Shown here one piece after another: positions 1 to 12,072 of a DNA stretch of 64,000 bases (positions are counted from its first letter, which is position 1; each line of letters starts with the position of its first letter). This DNA comes from Pelomyxa schiedti (taxonomy: Eukaryota; Protista; Evosea). Under the pieces are notes generated by a model that did no database searches, had not been told where the DNA came from, and worked only from the letters and a program-made list of their open reading frames with translations. A program made the position numbers and the translations under genes. The DNA lies in the NCBI GenBank assembly GCA_020536535.1, contig JAHLWZ010000792.1, positions 62,001 to 126,000 on the forward strand, in the 5' to 3' direction.

Positions 1-611
1 CTCACGGTGGCGGTATGCTGTTTGTAGTGATTGGTGGAATGGTACTTGTGGGATACGCGCTTCTTGCTCTAGAATGTTTGTTTTTTTGTTTGTTTGGGGT
101 GAACGAAACGAGTGATGTGCTTTTCGAAAAATAGATGGGGCAAATTTCGTGTCACAGTGCCTTTTAGCTGCCGGTCATCCTGACTTGGTTTGTTTTTGAT
201 TTTTGTAGTATGGAATGGACTAACTAATGTTTCTTGGATAAGGTTATATCTCCTTGTCGAGGATATCCTTGCGGCAGAGAGGAAATTGGAGGTATCACCC
301 TCAGCACCTGCCTATAGTGTGTATTCCCCTCCTTTCAACTATCTCATTCGTTTATGGACTGGCTAACCCACACCCAATGTTCCATGAATGTAGCCAAAAC
401 TATGGTTGGAAATCAACTTGCGGTGCACATGCAGCATTGCCGTCGAGTATTGTGCCTGGTGATGTGCTGGTTTTTCACGGAAGTGCGTTTGCACTATTGT
501 TTTCCTTCTCCAATTCGTGGACTCATGTTTCAGCAGGTTCCTGCACAGATTCGGATGTATTCACTTGTTGTTAATTACTCAAATAACATACCCAGACTCA
601 CGCCACACTGA
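1..611 (+). CDS. 3' part of an unidentified multi-exon gene (runs off window start)
   Basis: Short GT-AG introns near 75-135, 173-242 and 292-318 join open frames (...RLYLLVEDILAAERKLE|CVFPSFQLSHSFMDW...TPH*). No recognisable domain. Confidence 0.3.
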
Positions 612-850
612 TTGTTGCAATTTACAATTCAACAGCTTACATCGCCAGTCACTCCAATCAGCACTGGAGTATGTTCTGTACTTCCACACTTTTTGCTTAT
701 GATGAACAGACTACCCACACACCAATTATGCCACACAGTACGGCTACTATGAATGGCTTCATCTCCCCTCATAACTCAAAACAATCGAAATGTTTTTTTT
801 GTTTTGAAAGGAACAAATGCTACCAAAAACAAGAATGAATTCCCGCTTGT

Positions 851-3637
851 CTATAACAAAATACATAGACGTCTCTTTGGACGTTGTCCAGTGCTTATCC
901 CCTCCCCACCCCCAATGCTGGCTGTGAGTGCCTCAGGTTCCCTCAAATACTCACGTATCTCGCGAACGAGAAGATGGAATGTTTCCTCCACATTGATCTT
1001 TGTCTTAGCAGAGGCAAGAACGAAAGATACCTCGAGCATCCTGGCTAACTCGTTTGCTTCCGCGGGTGTCACCCGCCATTCTTGGGGGAGGTCGGCTTTG
1101 TTTCCGACAATGATCACTGGTACTCTGCTGGAATCTTTCACCTCCAGAATGTGCCTGAAAAGACTGCCAGTATCTGCAAAACTTGCCCGTGATGTCATAG
1201 AGAACATTAAGATAAAGCCTTGCCCAGTGCGCATGTACTGATCCCTAATGTCTTTTAAGTACTGCCATGAACATAGTAATAATGGAGTACCTCAAGGTAC
1301 TCAGTTCTTCCTGTCCTAAACAAGTGTTACTTTTTTTTTTTGGTAGTTTAATAATGGGAATAACCAGCAGTATCCTGTAGATATTATGTAAGTTATCTCA
1401 TCAACGGGGGAATTCATTCATACAAGGATGTTTAGCAAGCAGTCAACATCATCAACAGACACTTGCTTACGATAGCACTAAGTATATTAAAGAAGATTAG
1501 AACTCGACCGATGGGGAAAAGAGGCATGCATCTTCAATCGTTGGGTCGTATACTTCGATAAAGCGATCTTTTACAAACGAAATTGTAAAAGCTGATCTGG
1601 AGGCAGTCAATACTATTTTTGAATTGATAAGAGAAAAGCCAGTACTTGCCAACACCCCCAAGGCCAACTACACAAACTTTATAGTCATTATTATCCCGTT
1701 CTCCAGGTTGTCGTGGAGGGTATTTTCTGGGTTTTGGAACAGCTGGTTGCTTGCATGGGTTAGAGTTTTAGGGAGGAAACTGAGTCAACTACATACCGTA
1801 CTGGTAGATTGGTTTTGAGGTACTGTAGTAATTGCGGGACTTGCTGAACTTGCGGGAGTTGCGGGAGTTGTTGCTGGGGTAGACGAAGGAGAGGGCGAAA
1901 GGAGACAACTAGAGGATGTATGGTGTAAAGGAGGAGGCCTGGATGGAGGGGGAGGTGGGGGAGGTGTAAATGCGTTTATAGGTGATGGTTTAGCTTGGGA
2001 TTTCAGTGGAGTTAGGGCTAATTTATTCAAATCATGATCTGAATTTTGACGTTGCTGTTGAAGGGAGCCAGTAGGGGTTTCTGATGACACTGGTATACAT
2101 TCAGATGCTACTGCTCCCAGAACTGATGTGACCACAGGGTCCACTTTAGGTTTTGGTGTAGAAGATGTGGTTTGAGGTGCAGTAACTGACAGATTAGGGT
2201 TTGGCGGAATATTTGTTTCGGGAGGAGTATGGATTGTAGCAACATTCATTGAAACGGGAATCAAATCTACAAAGTTGGTAGGAAAGAACCCAGTGCAGCC
2301 ACGACAAACTCCCTCCAGCCATTCATTGCTATGGGCGTTGATAATTTGAAGCCTTTCTCCCGCCTTAAACGTTAACACATCATCCAGTCCTAAAGTATAC
2401 AAGAAAAGAGTGTTTAAATTACACTGCTACAGAGGGGATACTTCGCACCATTATCATTATCAAAGTCGTATAACGCACAACCCAGTAGCCGGAATTCTAG
2501 ACAGCAAGGGTCGTCATTTGATTCAACCGCAGCAAGTTTATGAGACATGAGTGTGATGAACGGTGCATGCTTTATCATCTCTTCAGTGATTAGCAGCACC
2601 AGAGACTGCAGGTGTTGTGGAGTTGGATTCGTCTCACTCATAGACATTGTGGGCCTCACAAAAAATCTTGAAAAAATGGTAGCTAGCCGGGCAGCGGAAA
2701 TCCTTGTAGAATGCAAATACAGAAGAAGAGCCGAGAGTAGCCTGCGAGACACAGGAGGTAATTTGTTTACCAAAACTCGAACTTGGCGAAGCCGAGTGGC
2801 TTGCTTGGATATGGAGCCAAGTTTAGCTATCGTCCAGTAGTGCTTTGGGGGGATTATTGGGTGAGGAAGCATCTTTAGGTATAAGAGTAGCAATGACGCC
2901 AACGTACAGTGTTGTAAAGCACTCTTGCATTCGCAATCAACTGAAAGTGAAACAGTGTCGTCAGAGTTGGGCGTTGCGCGCGGAATAGCGTCATCAAGCA
3001 CATTTTGAGTCAATTGTAAGCCAAGCTCGATTGCTTTTTTTAACTTCTGGACTCCTTCGTCTTCTTCTGGAACAGAAAAGAGGTCATCCTTTGCCACGGG
3101 CGCCCACACGACGAGCAATTGTAGCATTCTCTCAACCGGCTCAGGTAAAGAAGCCTTACTGCTTGAACCCACACAACGTGTCAACGGCTGACCAAAAGTA
3201 AACACCGAAGAAGCCACGCCGCTGCCGCCACTTCGACACACAGGAGGCTGTTGAACTGACGCTACCGGCGGAGGCTGTGAGCACGATCGCGAGTGAGATG
3301 CGAATCCCTGGGAGTCAAGATCACGAAGGGTGGGAGTGGGCGCCGTAGGTGCGAGAGAAGGAGGCAGTTGAAGTACGGCATCTTCGAGGGTCTGCAGATC
3401 CGCTGAACCACAGCGGTAATCCAAAGCGAGAGGGGCAGATCCCGAGTGCTGTCGCGGCTTTTGTTGGTCCAGTAGCCACGGAGATCCGGACCTCTGTAGA
3501 TCCAGCGAAGGCAGCGGCGCCGGCGACGGAGGTACGACAACGGGCGAACCGAAATTAATTGCCAATATGTCATCTGGCAAAGGAGGCGGAGGAGGCAGGG
3601 GAGTGACGTCAACCGGAGTGCCGAGAACCACGTCCAT
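851..3637 (-). CDS. RhoGAP-like + SH3 + Pro-rich + Ras GTPase (CAAX) fusion protein
   Basis: RhoGAP fold (LLYLKMLPHPIIP, NKLPPVSRRLL). SH3 (ALYDF|..LTFKAGE..EWLEG..GFFPTNFV). Phase-0 intron 1750-1796 leads in frame to QPAVPKPRKYPPRQPGERDNNDYKVCVVGLGGVGKS, then YDPTIEDCY, DTAGQEE, NKAD, SAK and C-terminal CILL*. Confidence 0.82.
1478..1529 (-). other. GC-AG intron in Ras switch I coding region
   Basis: GAA GAT|gcatgc...ttag|TGC TAT CGT AAG CAA restores the PTIED-CYRKQ motif. The only GT alternative inserts 7 aa into switch I. Confidence 0.7.
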
Positions 3638-3884
3638 TGTTTCGTCGTTTCGTCGAACTGCCTTTTTGTGAAACTCAGCGTTTGGATTACCACGAGGGTG
3701 ACTTGAACAACTCGGCTACAACTTCTTCTCCCGTCGTTACCATGAGCGAGTTTCGAGAAATTACTGGATTCCAACTCGTTGGGCGGTCACTCCCAACTTC
3801 GTGCCCGCAGTTGTATCGGTTTTTTTCGCCCTTTATTTTCTCTTCATTTCTGCTTTTTTTTTTCCCCCCTCGTTTGGTGCATGC

Positions 3885-6666
3885 ATGGGAGACCCGTATG
3901 GTGTGGCTTCGATGCACAACATCAACAACAACAGGGCAATGGTGCCAATGGGCGAGGGCGGCTACGGCCAACTTGGTGGCACTGGGCTGCCACAACAACA
4001 ACACCAACGCAACGATGACGACGTGAAACGCGACGTCCAGGAACTTGTGAAGGAGTTTCCCGATATGGGTCAATCTCTAATTATGGACATGAGACGGGAA
4101 CAACCCTCGATGCCTGTACTAAAATGTACTACTGTTTTATAGTTATTCCATACAACAGCTAGGGATTGGAACTCTAACATCATCTTCTTCTCAAATTGGT
4201 TTTTTTTTTTTCTCCCCTGTATAGCCGAACTGTTGGCAATGCGTAGACCTCAAAATCCAATTTCATCCCATGACCCTAAAGTGGATTCATTTGCCCCACA
4301 ACACCTACTCAATGCAGGTACTTTTTCAACCTTGTGAATAATGCATCCTAAGTAAAACAAAGTTTCACCCAGAGACATTCCACCAACTCCCTACATACAA
4401 CAGGCCCCGCGCTCCAACTCTCCAAGAGCACTATCTCCCCCTGTTGCTTCTCCTCCAGCACACACCCTCGCAGCAACTACCCTTCCACCACGTAGTGTAT
4501 CTCCAAGTAATGCAGTGGTTTCGTTTCCTCCAGCATTCCACCCCAGTCAAAGTTACCAATCCCCGCAAAACCTCCAGCTACCTACTTGTATAAATTATGT
4601 TCCATCTAGACCACATCCAAAACACCCGAAACCAACCCCAGTAACTACACCAAACATCATGCCTCAACCAAGGGTCATACCAACAAATTGTACTTCAACC
4701 TCACCCTTATTGAGCCCCCCAACGTCAATTCCCCCCGCACCCTCTCAAAACATGTCCGTCACACCCTATATTCAACCAGCCATAACATTTCCCCCCGTCA
4801 CTAACCCTACTCCACCCCGTAATTACCCCAGTGCAAGTAATGCCCCGGCTGTACAACCACATGTGGCACCAACAGTCACCAGCCCAACGGCATCTTTTCA
4901 TGAAACAAGACCACCTTCCAAGCCAGAGGTGTCTGGAATAGCATCCCTCCCAAATTTGAGCTCTTTTCCAGAGTTTCACAAAGTCAGACCCGCTATCCTG
5001 TCACCTCCTCAACCTCGAGAAAACCAGCCCAACAATCATCAGCCTGCATCTGTGCAAGTGAATCAATATACACAGCGGTCTCCGACTCCACCCAAGTCCC
5101 CACAGCCCTTGAGGAATCCTTCTGAAAATACACCAAGTTTGCACTACCCAAGCCATACTCCAAATCCAATTGTACCAGGAGCGCCGAAACTCCTTCTTGG
5201 AGGTAGCTCACAATACCACATGTTCACAGAACCCATCAATGCACCTACACAACCACCGATATGCTCACCACGTCATGAGACCAATACAACGAATCAACTT
5301 CCATGTGAAACAGCACTTACCAAATCCACGTTTTCGCTAGGAAGCTGTTGCACTCACTTGCGTCTCCCCAGTGAGTTCAAGAGGACTACCACCCTCACAG
5401 TACAGCAGGCTACGCGTCTACGGTCTTTAATATCCTCAACTACCTTGGAAGTCTCTGTTGTTGTTATTGATAATGGGTCTTCCACAATCAAATTTGGTTA
5501 TGCCGGCCATGATCAACCTGCTGGGCAATTCTCAAGTTTAACTTCCCGTTCTGATAAGCTCAACAGTAACTTTCATAAATCGCTTAAATGACTTTTCTTA
5601 GCTCATTCAGGTTTGCCAATGCCAACACTTGACAGAGGCAGAATCAGTGACTGGGGTAGCATGAACAAGCTCTGGACATCTACCTTCTCCGCTTTGCATA
5701 CTGAACCAAGCAAAAACCTACTGTTATTGACTGATATGCCCCTCGGCAAGGAACGAGAGCAAATTGCAACTGAGTGGTTTGAAACACATAGCATTGCTGG
5801 CTTGTACATTGCGTCACAGGGAGTATTGTCATTATTATGTAGTGGACGTCCCACGGGTCTAGCTGTGGAAAGTGGCTATGGGGCCACATACTTCGTTCCA
5901 GTTTACGATGGTATGAGGTGATTTCTTTTTGCACAAAACGCAAACAATCTCTTCAAGGAATGATGCTCAGGCATGGTGTGAAAAGACTCGAAGTAGGTGG
6001 AAAAGACCTGACAGACTATTTCCAGAGGCTTCTTACCCAAAGAACACGCATAGACCGGACTTCGGAAAATTACTGTGCAATAAACAAGGCAAAAGAAGAG
6101 CTTTGTTCAGTGTCCCGGAGCAAAGAAGATATTGAGTTCTCAGAGGAAACTTTTTTACTGCCTGATGGAAAAGTTGTCCCTCTTGGACCTTCCAAACACA
6201 AGGTGACAGAGGCACTTTTTACACCGAGCCTACTGGAATCTTTCAATGTATTTGGGCTCCATCAACATATTCAATTCTCTATCAGGGACTGTGACCCAGA
6301 GCTTGGTATCAACCCGCCATTAACAATCTCCCAACACGTAAAAAAGAAGCGGACCTATACCAGAATATTGTACTTGGTGGTGGGAATTGTATGTTCCGGA
6401 ACCTGGATACGAGACTAACATCAGAGTTGTCTAAACTGACGCCAGCTCCCAAAGTTTCACCAAGAGTTACTTTTGACCAGTCCAAGTGCAAAATTTCTAC
6501 ATGGCTAGGTATTTCAGCACTAGGAAATAATCTTAAGCCATTCCCTTCCTAACTCACGATACTAGGGGCTTCAATACTTGGTTCCATGGGCGACTTCCTT
6601 GACAAGGTTATACTAAAACAAGACTATGACGAGAAAGGTGGAGCTGTGGCACACAAATTCTTCTGA
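3885..6666 (+). CDS. Divergent actin-related protein with long N-terminal CUE-like and Pro-rich extension
   Basis: Actin motifs VVIDNGSSTIKFGYAG, RISDWGSMNKLW, VESGYGATYFVPVYDG, GGKDLTDY, FLLPDG, NIVLGGGNCMF, STWLGASILGS, DYDEKG. N-terminal DVQELVKEFPDMGQSLIMDM joins through GT-AG introns. Confidence 0.85.
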
Positions 6667-6744
6667 AGCCTAAGCCTCTGTTTGTGCAAAAAAAAAAATA
6701 ATAGAAAATAATATAATAAGAAAGGGCACGTGACTTTTGTGAAA

Positions 6745-9700
6745 TCATGATAATAGCTCAGGAACTTTGGTGTAGAATCTTTGCATCTCAGGTGGTATTG
6801 CCTAGGGTAGAATAAACCATTATTCTTGGGCAATTGTTTTTTTGTTTTTGTTGTAAAAAGACATTTGAGCATACCATGGAAACCACAAAGTAGGGAATAC
6901 TGCCAGCAAGCTCACTGTGCACAACATAGTGTACTCTCGTGTGCCCTGGTTTATCAGGAATTGTTTCCAACAGGAACCCACTTGGATATATTGTGCCTCG
7001 TGTGAAGCTTGGGCACGGTGGGCATCGTGGATCCTCAACACTAATGTAACAGAACCATATTCCAACTCCTTCCTCTTCCACCCAAGTTTGTACTTCAGCA
7101 AAGTCTCTGTAGAACAAACAGGCAATATATGGTAAGAATTAGGATATATACACAAGAGGGCAAGGATCGTGTGGGGTTTTTTGTTGTTAATGAAAGAAGC
7201 ATATGATACCTTGCGCTTATCCTACCACCCAAAGCTCCGTTTTGCCTTTCAACATAAAGCTTGAAAGTTCCAGTATGCAACACTACTGTAGTCCCACCAT
7301 AACTTGGATTCCATTCTGTTCGCCTTGCATTGTCCAACAATATCTAGTGACACAAATAAAAACCAAAGCATACAAACAACACTAGCCACAGTTCCCAGAC
7401 AAAATGAATGGCATCCACTACAAACAAGTTCTATGATTTATAAATAACTCTGAGATGCCAACAACCAAAACCCGTTGAAATAGCTTTCAAAAAAAAAAAA
7501 AGTAAGTCGCACGCACTTTATTTAGAATGTCATGCGGGCAAGCAGGCAAAACTCCTACGGCCTTGAAGCACGGCGCAGAGTGCCCCTTCACGTAGGTCCT
7601 CTTCACCTTGGCCGCGTCGGTCGATGACACGTCGGACCACGACTCGGGCCCACTCTCGCGGACCAGCCCCTTGAGCTTGACAAGTGCTTCCCCAAGTGGG
7701 CTGTTGTACTTGGCCAACGCCTCTTGGGCTTCGTTGCCCGCCATTTCGTGTTGGTGGATCGATTTGTCGACCGTAAAAACGAAGCAGTCACTTTGATCAA
7801 AATGCTGTGAGTGAGTGGAGGCTCCACTCGTCCCACAAGAAAATGTATTTCCCTGTTGTTTGGTTTTTTTTATACAGTCTTTGTCCACGGGGCACTAATC
7901 TTGAGGTCGTACTTGCCACTGTTGCCAGAGAAGAACCGGAATTCGTATTCACCAATGGGTAGCTAGTTTCAGGTTTAGTGGCAAGTAAGAATGTGGAGGG
8001 ACGGCTAACCAATCTCCCATTGACCATCCGGGTATTGAATCGCACTGTGCCGCACTCGTGAGTTGGGTTGCTCCTGGCACAATACTCGTAGTACAAGTAC
8101 TGCTTGTTATCGGCACCTACCTCAAAAAGGCCTATCCAGTCACTGGTCGAAGGCTCAAGCTCATGGTACACCCATTTAACATCAACAACAGAGCAGTCCA
8201 CACTATTTCTTGTTGTTAGGTGTAAAAAGAGTAACTAAGGTACAGACTTTGGAGTGATAATAAGCGTGTCAGACTTGGGTATTGTGAGAGGTTCGCTAAA
8301 TCCACTGAAAGCTACACCTGAATTTGCTTTAAAGTAACGCAGTTCATATCTCTTCATGGTGTCTCGAGGAGCTGGGAACACAAGGGGGCAACTTCTGCAG
8401 AGTTGTTTTTGTTTATACTGCCTATTGCTCATTTGACCCTACGTGGCAAGATAAGCTCCAGGAAAAGGTGGTGTGAAATACCAATTCGTAAAGTCCTATC
8501 CAATCATTGGGAGAAGTAGCAACAGGTGCAATGGGGTTCTGCCAAGTAGCTATAATACATTGTCCCGTTTCGTCGTCTTTCACCTGAACGGTCAGAGGGA
8601 CTGGTGACCCCACTAATACGGCATTCGACTTGGCTATCCTTGTACCATCCGCATTGAAGTAGCGGATATCATAATAACCATCCTGGGAAAAATGCTGAAT
8701 AGGAAATTTGAGAACGAAAATTTGTACAGGTAAGTTTAGGAAACAATATTCTCCATGCACTAATCCGTCTATGGAAACCGGAGTGAGTACTTCCTTATTT
8801 ATTTTTAAATGTACTTGTGGCAGAAGAAGCTGTGCGAGATTTTTCTCTGTTATGTATAAATAAATCAATCCAATCTTTCTTGCAGGGGGCGTAGGTGGCA
8901 GTACATGTCCAAGTACATTTAACAGTACTTCCTTCAGCCTATGATAAAATAAGCTCCGGGTTGGAGTTGACTGGAGCACGTACTGTAACATTAAGTACTA
9001 CTTCGGGTTCCCCTGAAACTGGAGTGAATGAAGATATATTAAGCCTCAGCATTGTATCAGCAATATTGACTGGCGTAGTAGTTACAGGGGTGACATTCTC
9101 CGCCTGAACTGTAGTTGTTGCTGGAGGCTCCGTGGGAACAATTGGAGGTTGCCCACTTTGTGTTCTTGTATTGGACTCGATGACTTTGCGATAAGCCACA
9201 AAATTAGGCCTGCAACTCCGATTAAACAAACAAGGAAAGAACTGAACTGTTAGAACCCTGGAGAAATGACATCAATTTTCGCACAGTCTGATTCCTCTTC
9301 AGATCTGGGCAGTTATAAAAAATAGGAAATGCGTATCATAAATTTGGTACCCCTTATCCACTTCTTTCATTTTTGTTTTAAGCCTTTCTAATTCTTCCCG
9401 TAGGGTTGCTTCCTGCTCCCTGTAGTCTGCTATTTGCCTTTGAATATCACTGGGAGATTCAGTTCTAATATCGTTAGAGGGTCACAAGAAAGTGACAGGG
9501 GTTTTACGGTGGTGAAAGATGAATCTCGGTGGGAGGCTCTTCGTGATGTGGGACTAATTCAATACCCGGAATGGGAGCAAAAGGTAGTGGCGTTGGTTCC
9601 AGTTTGAGGAGTTGAGGTGGGTCCAGAACTACAGTCTGCTGAGTTACTGTTGTTTGGATTGGTGGTGTAACCTGCAGGGAGTTAGTGTTGACGACTCAGC

Positions 9701-11186
9701 AATTAGAAAACCGCACAAATTTTTGTATTTCTTGTATTTGTGACTTCTGGATTGTAACCTGCTTCACCAGCAAATCTCTACATTTAAGATGTTACAATAA
9801 TCCCAACAATGGAAGTGGACTACCTCACTTCTTTCAGGTTATCCAAGTTAACGTACTGTGGGTCACTTTTAGGTACGGTGGGAGGCAACAGGAAAGACGG
9901 AACTGCCACAGGTTCAAACATCTGTTCTGGTTGCTCTGAGGCAGGAGGAAGTTGGGGATCGGGTTGAGTTTGCACCTGTGGTTGGGGCTGGTATTGAATC
10001 TGCGCTGGTTGATGGTAATTGGTTTGAGTGGATGGAATTTGCGGTACTACGTTGCTTTGAGGCGGAATTGGCGTTAGAGTGGGTTGGGGGGTGGGCATAA
10101 AAGTTGGTTGGGTGCTGGTAGGTGGCTGTGGCACTGGGGGGCGAACGACAGGTGTTATTTGGGGTGCCTGAGGTGTTGGCAAAACCAACTGTGGTTGGCG
10201 CTGAGGAGGTTGCGACTGTGGTTGGGCCTGTATCTGGGGATGTGGCTGCGGGTGTGTCGGTGTCTGCTGTGGCTGTGGTGTTACTGGCTGTGGCTGGGGT
10301 AGTGGTGTCGGTTGTGGTTGCACTTGTTGAGGTTGCGCCGGTATTGGTGGCTTTGTAGTAGGCGGAACATGTATTTGGGAAGGTGATGGCTTTGGTACCA
10401 CTGTAGGTTGTGGTAGCGGTTTTGGGATGGGTTGTGGCTGTGGTTGTGGCTGAGGTTGCGGTTGGGGTTTTGTAGTTGGTACTATTGGTAATACCTGTGG
10501 CTGTGGGATTGGTTGTGGTTTTGGTGTTGGTGTTGGTGTTGGTGTTGGTGTTGGTGTTGGTGTTGGTGTTGGTGTTGGTGTTGGTGTTGCTTGTGGTTGC
10601 AATTGTGGTTTGGGAGGCAGTGGTTGTGGTAATACTTGGGGTGGTACTTGTGGCTGAGGTAATACTTGGGGAGGTGGCTTTGGTAGGACCTGTGGAGTAG
10701 TTTGTGGTTGAGTTTGGCGAGGGGGTTGTGCAATTGGAGGTGGGCTAGCCCCGGGGAGTGAGGACTGAGCAAGGAGCATGTCCATTGCTTGGTCCATATT
10801 TCCACCGCATCTTCTAAGAGCTTCCACAATCATCCAGCGTGGGTTAGAACAGAACTCCTGTAACTTGGCCACCTTAGGCAGGTTGGTATTAACATTGTGG
10901 AGAGAGTTATTCCATCACTTTATCATCATCAGACAACTCATTCAATTTTCGTGCTTCCTCAACAGGGTCGCTAAAATTGGCCACGGTGGCTACGCATAGA
11001 GAATCAACAACCACAAAAACAACAAGTAATAGCAGCCAAAAACAAAAAAAAAGGGGGAGAAGTACCGTCGTAATTGTTTTTGTTGGCGACAAGGGCATCA
11101 TGTAAAATCGACTGAGAGATGTCCGGAAACTGTCGACGCAAGAGTTGCAAGTTCTGCTGTGTCGTGTTCGGTACTGGTTGTGTCAT
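6745..11186 (-). CDS. CUE + UBA/CUE + Pro/Gln/Thr linker + coiled coil + three SKICH-like domains + C-terminal START domain
   Basis: CUE: LQLLRRQFPDISQSILHDALVANKNNYDATVANF. UBA-like: EALRRCGGNMDQAMDMLL. Three repeats of DWI(G/D)L(F/Y)...Y(D/E)(I/L/F)R(Y/F). START: FKAVGVLPACPHDIL, RRTEWN, ISARDF, RGTIYPSGF, TRVHYVVHSELAGSIP. Frame traced through the introns. Confidence 0.8.
10521..10589. repeat. (GGTGTT)n coding microsatellite (Thr-Pro repeat on minus strand)
   Basis: Perfect hexamer run inside the PQ-rich exon. Confidence 0.95.
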
Positions 11187-11362
11187 CTGCGTTTGTTGTT
11201 TACTTTAATCTTGCAGTTAGCAATCAAGACTTTTTGTTGTTATGGCCCCAAGTTGAGTTTCTAATGCCAACTCAGAACCCCTGAGACGCCAAAAATGCCG
11301 ATTATCCACAGCAGCGAAAATAAATACAAAAAAAAAAGCAAAGAAAGAAGGAGCAGAACGCT

Positions 11363-11953
11363 ATGCGGAGATTTAGCCTCGTTGTTATCGCGTTGTCGTT
11401 GGTTGTTGCAGTATTGGCCTGAGGTCCACCAAAACCCCCCAGAGCTCCAAACGCTCCTGATATTCCAGCGGGAACGTACACAAAGAGGTTTTTCCTTTTT
11501 TTTTTTTTTCCCTCCCCTTTATTTCCTTGTTGTTTTGGTCTTATAAAATGTAGCTGTGGTGGGTGTGCGGTGGAGGATGGCGTTCTCACGTGCACGTGTG
11601 ACGCTCCGGGAAAATCACCCATGATAACCTCGGTTGCTGTTGCGGGGTGCCCCTCATTTGCCAATAGCAATGGTCAGCTTGCTTGCGATAAGGTTTGTAC
11701 TAGTCGTGATTGCGTGAGAAGCTTTCTAATTCTTTCTTAGCCCGGTAATGATGATGGTATTCCGCCTGGACCTTATAGTAACAGCTGCGGTGGTTGTCGT
11801 TTGAGTGATGATGCCGTTCGACTTGAGTGCTCCCACTGTATGACAAATGACATGCAGTACATGGCTTCGAGCATTGATCTTACTCTATGTCCGTCATTTA
11901 CCAACGACAATGGGCAGCTCAAATGCGAGGAGATCCAGAAGTCTGAGCTCTAA
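11363..11953 (+). CDS. Secreted two-repeat cyanovirin-N-like (CVNH-like) Cys-rich protein with in-frame TGA at codon 20
   Basis: Signal peptide MRRFSLVVIALSLVVAVLA, TGA at 11420-11422, then GPPKPP..IPAGTYTKSCGGC..LTCTC..C PSFANSNGQLAC and IPPGPYSNSCGGC..LECSHC..SIDLTLCPSFTNDNGQLKC..KSEL*. Introns 11488-11553 and 11693-11740. Confidence 0.7.
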
Positions 11954-12072
11954 TATATGTACCGGACACAATCTGGCAGGTTGACTTTGTTGCATGAGGA
12001 GAGGAGAGTGATAGCGTAGCAGATGCGGGTTTGTGTCCAGAAGGAGCAGTTTGTTGGTGAAGGGGTGAATTG

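Noticed and set aside
851-1234. Stand-alone small Ras gene
   Set aside because: The ORF is only the last exon. The P-loop exon has no in-frame ATG and splices to the SH3 exon.
9465-9561. Apparent in-frame TGA in the SKICH-START gene
   Set aside because: It lies in the wrong frame. A 43-nt GT-AG intron (9465-9507) with a CTAAC branch point gives a continuous frame.
10521-10589. GGTGTT arrays as telomeric or CRISPR repeats
   Set aside because: No spacers. They lie in frame inside exons and encode Thr-Pro linkers.
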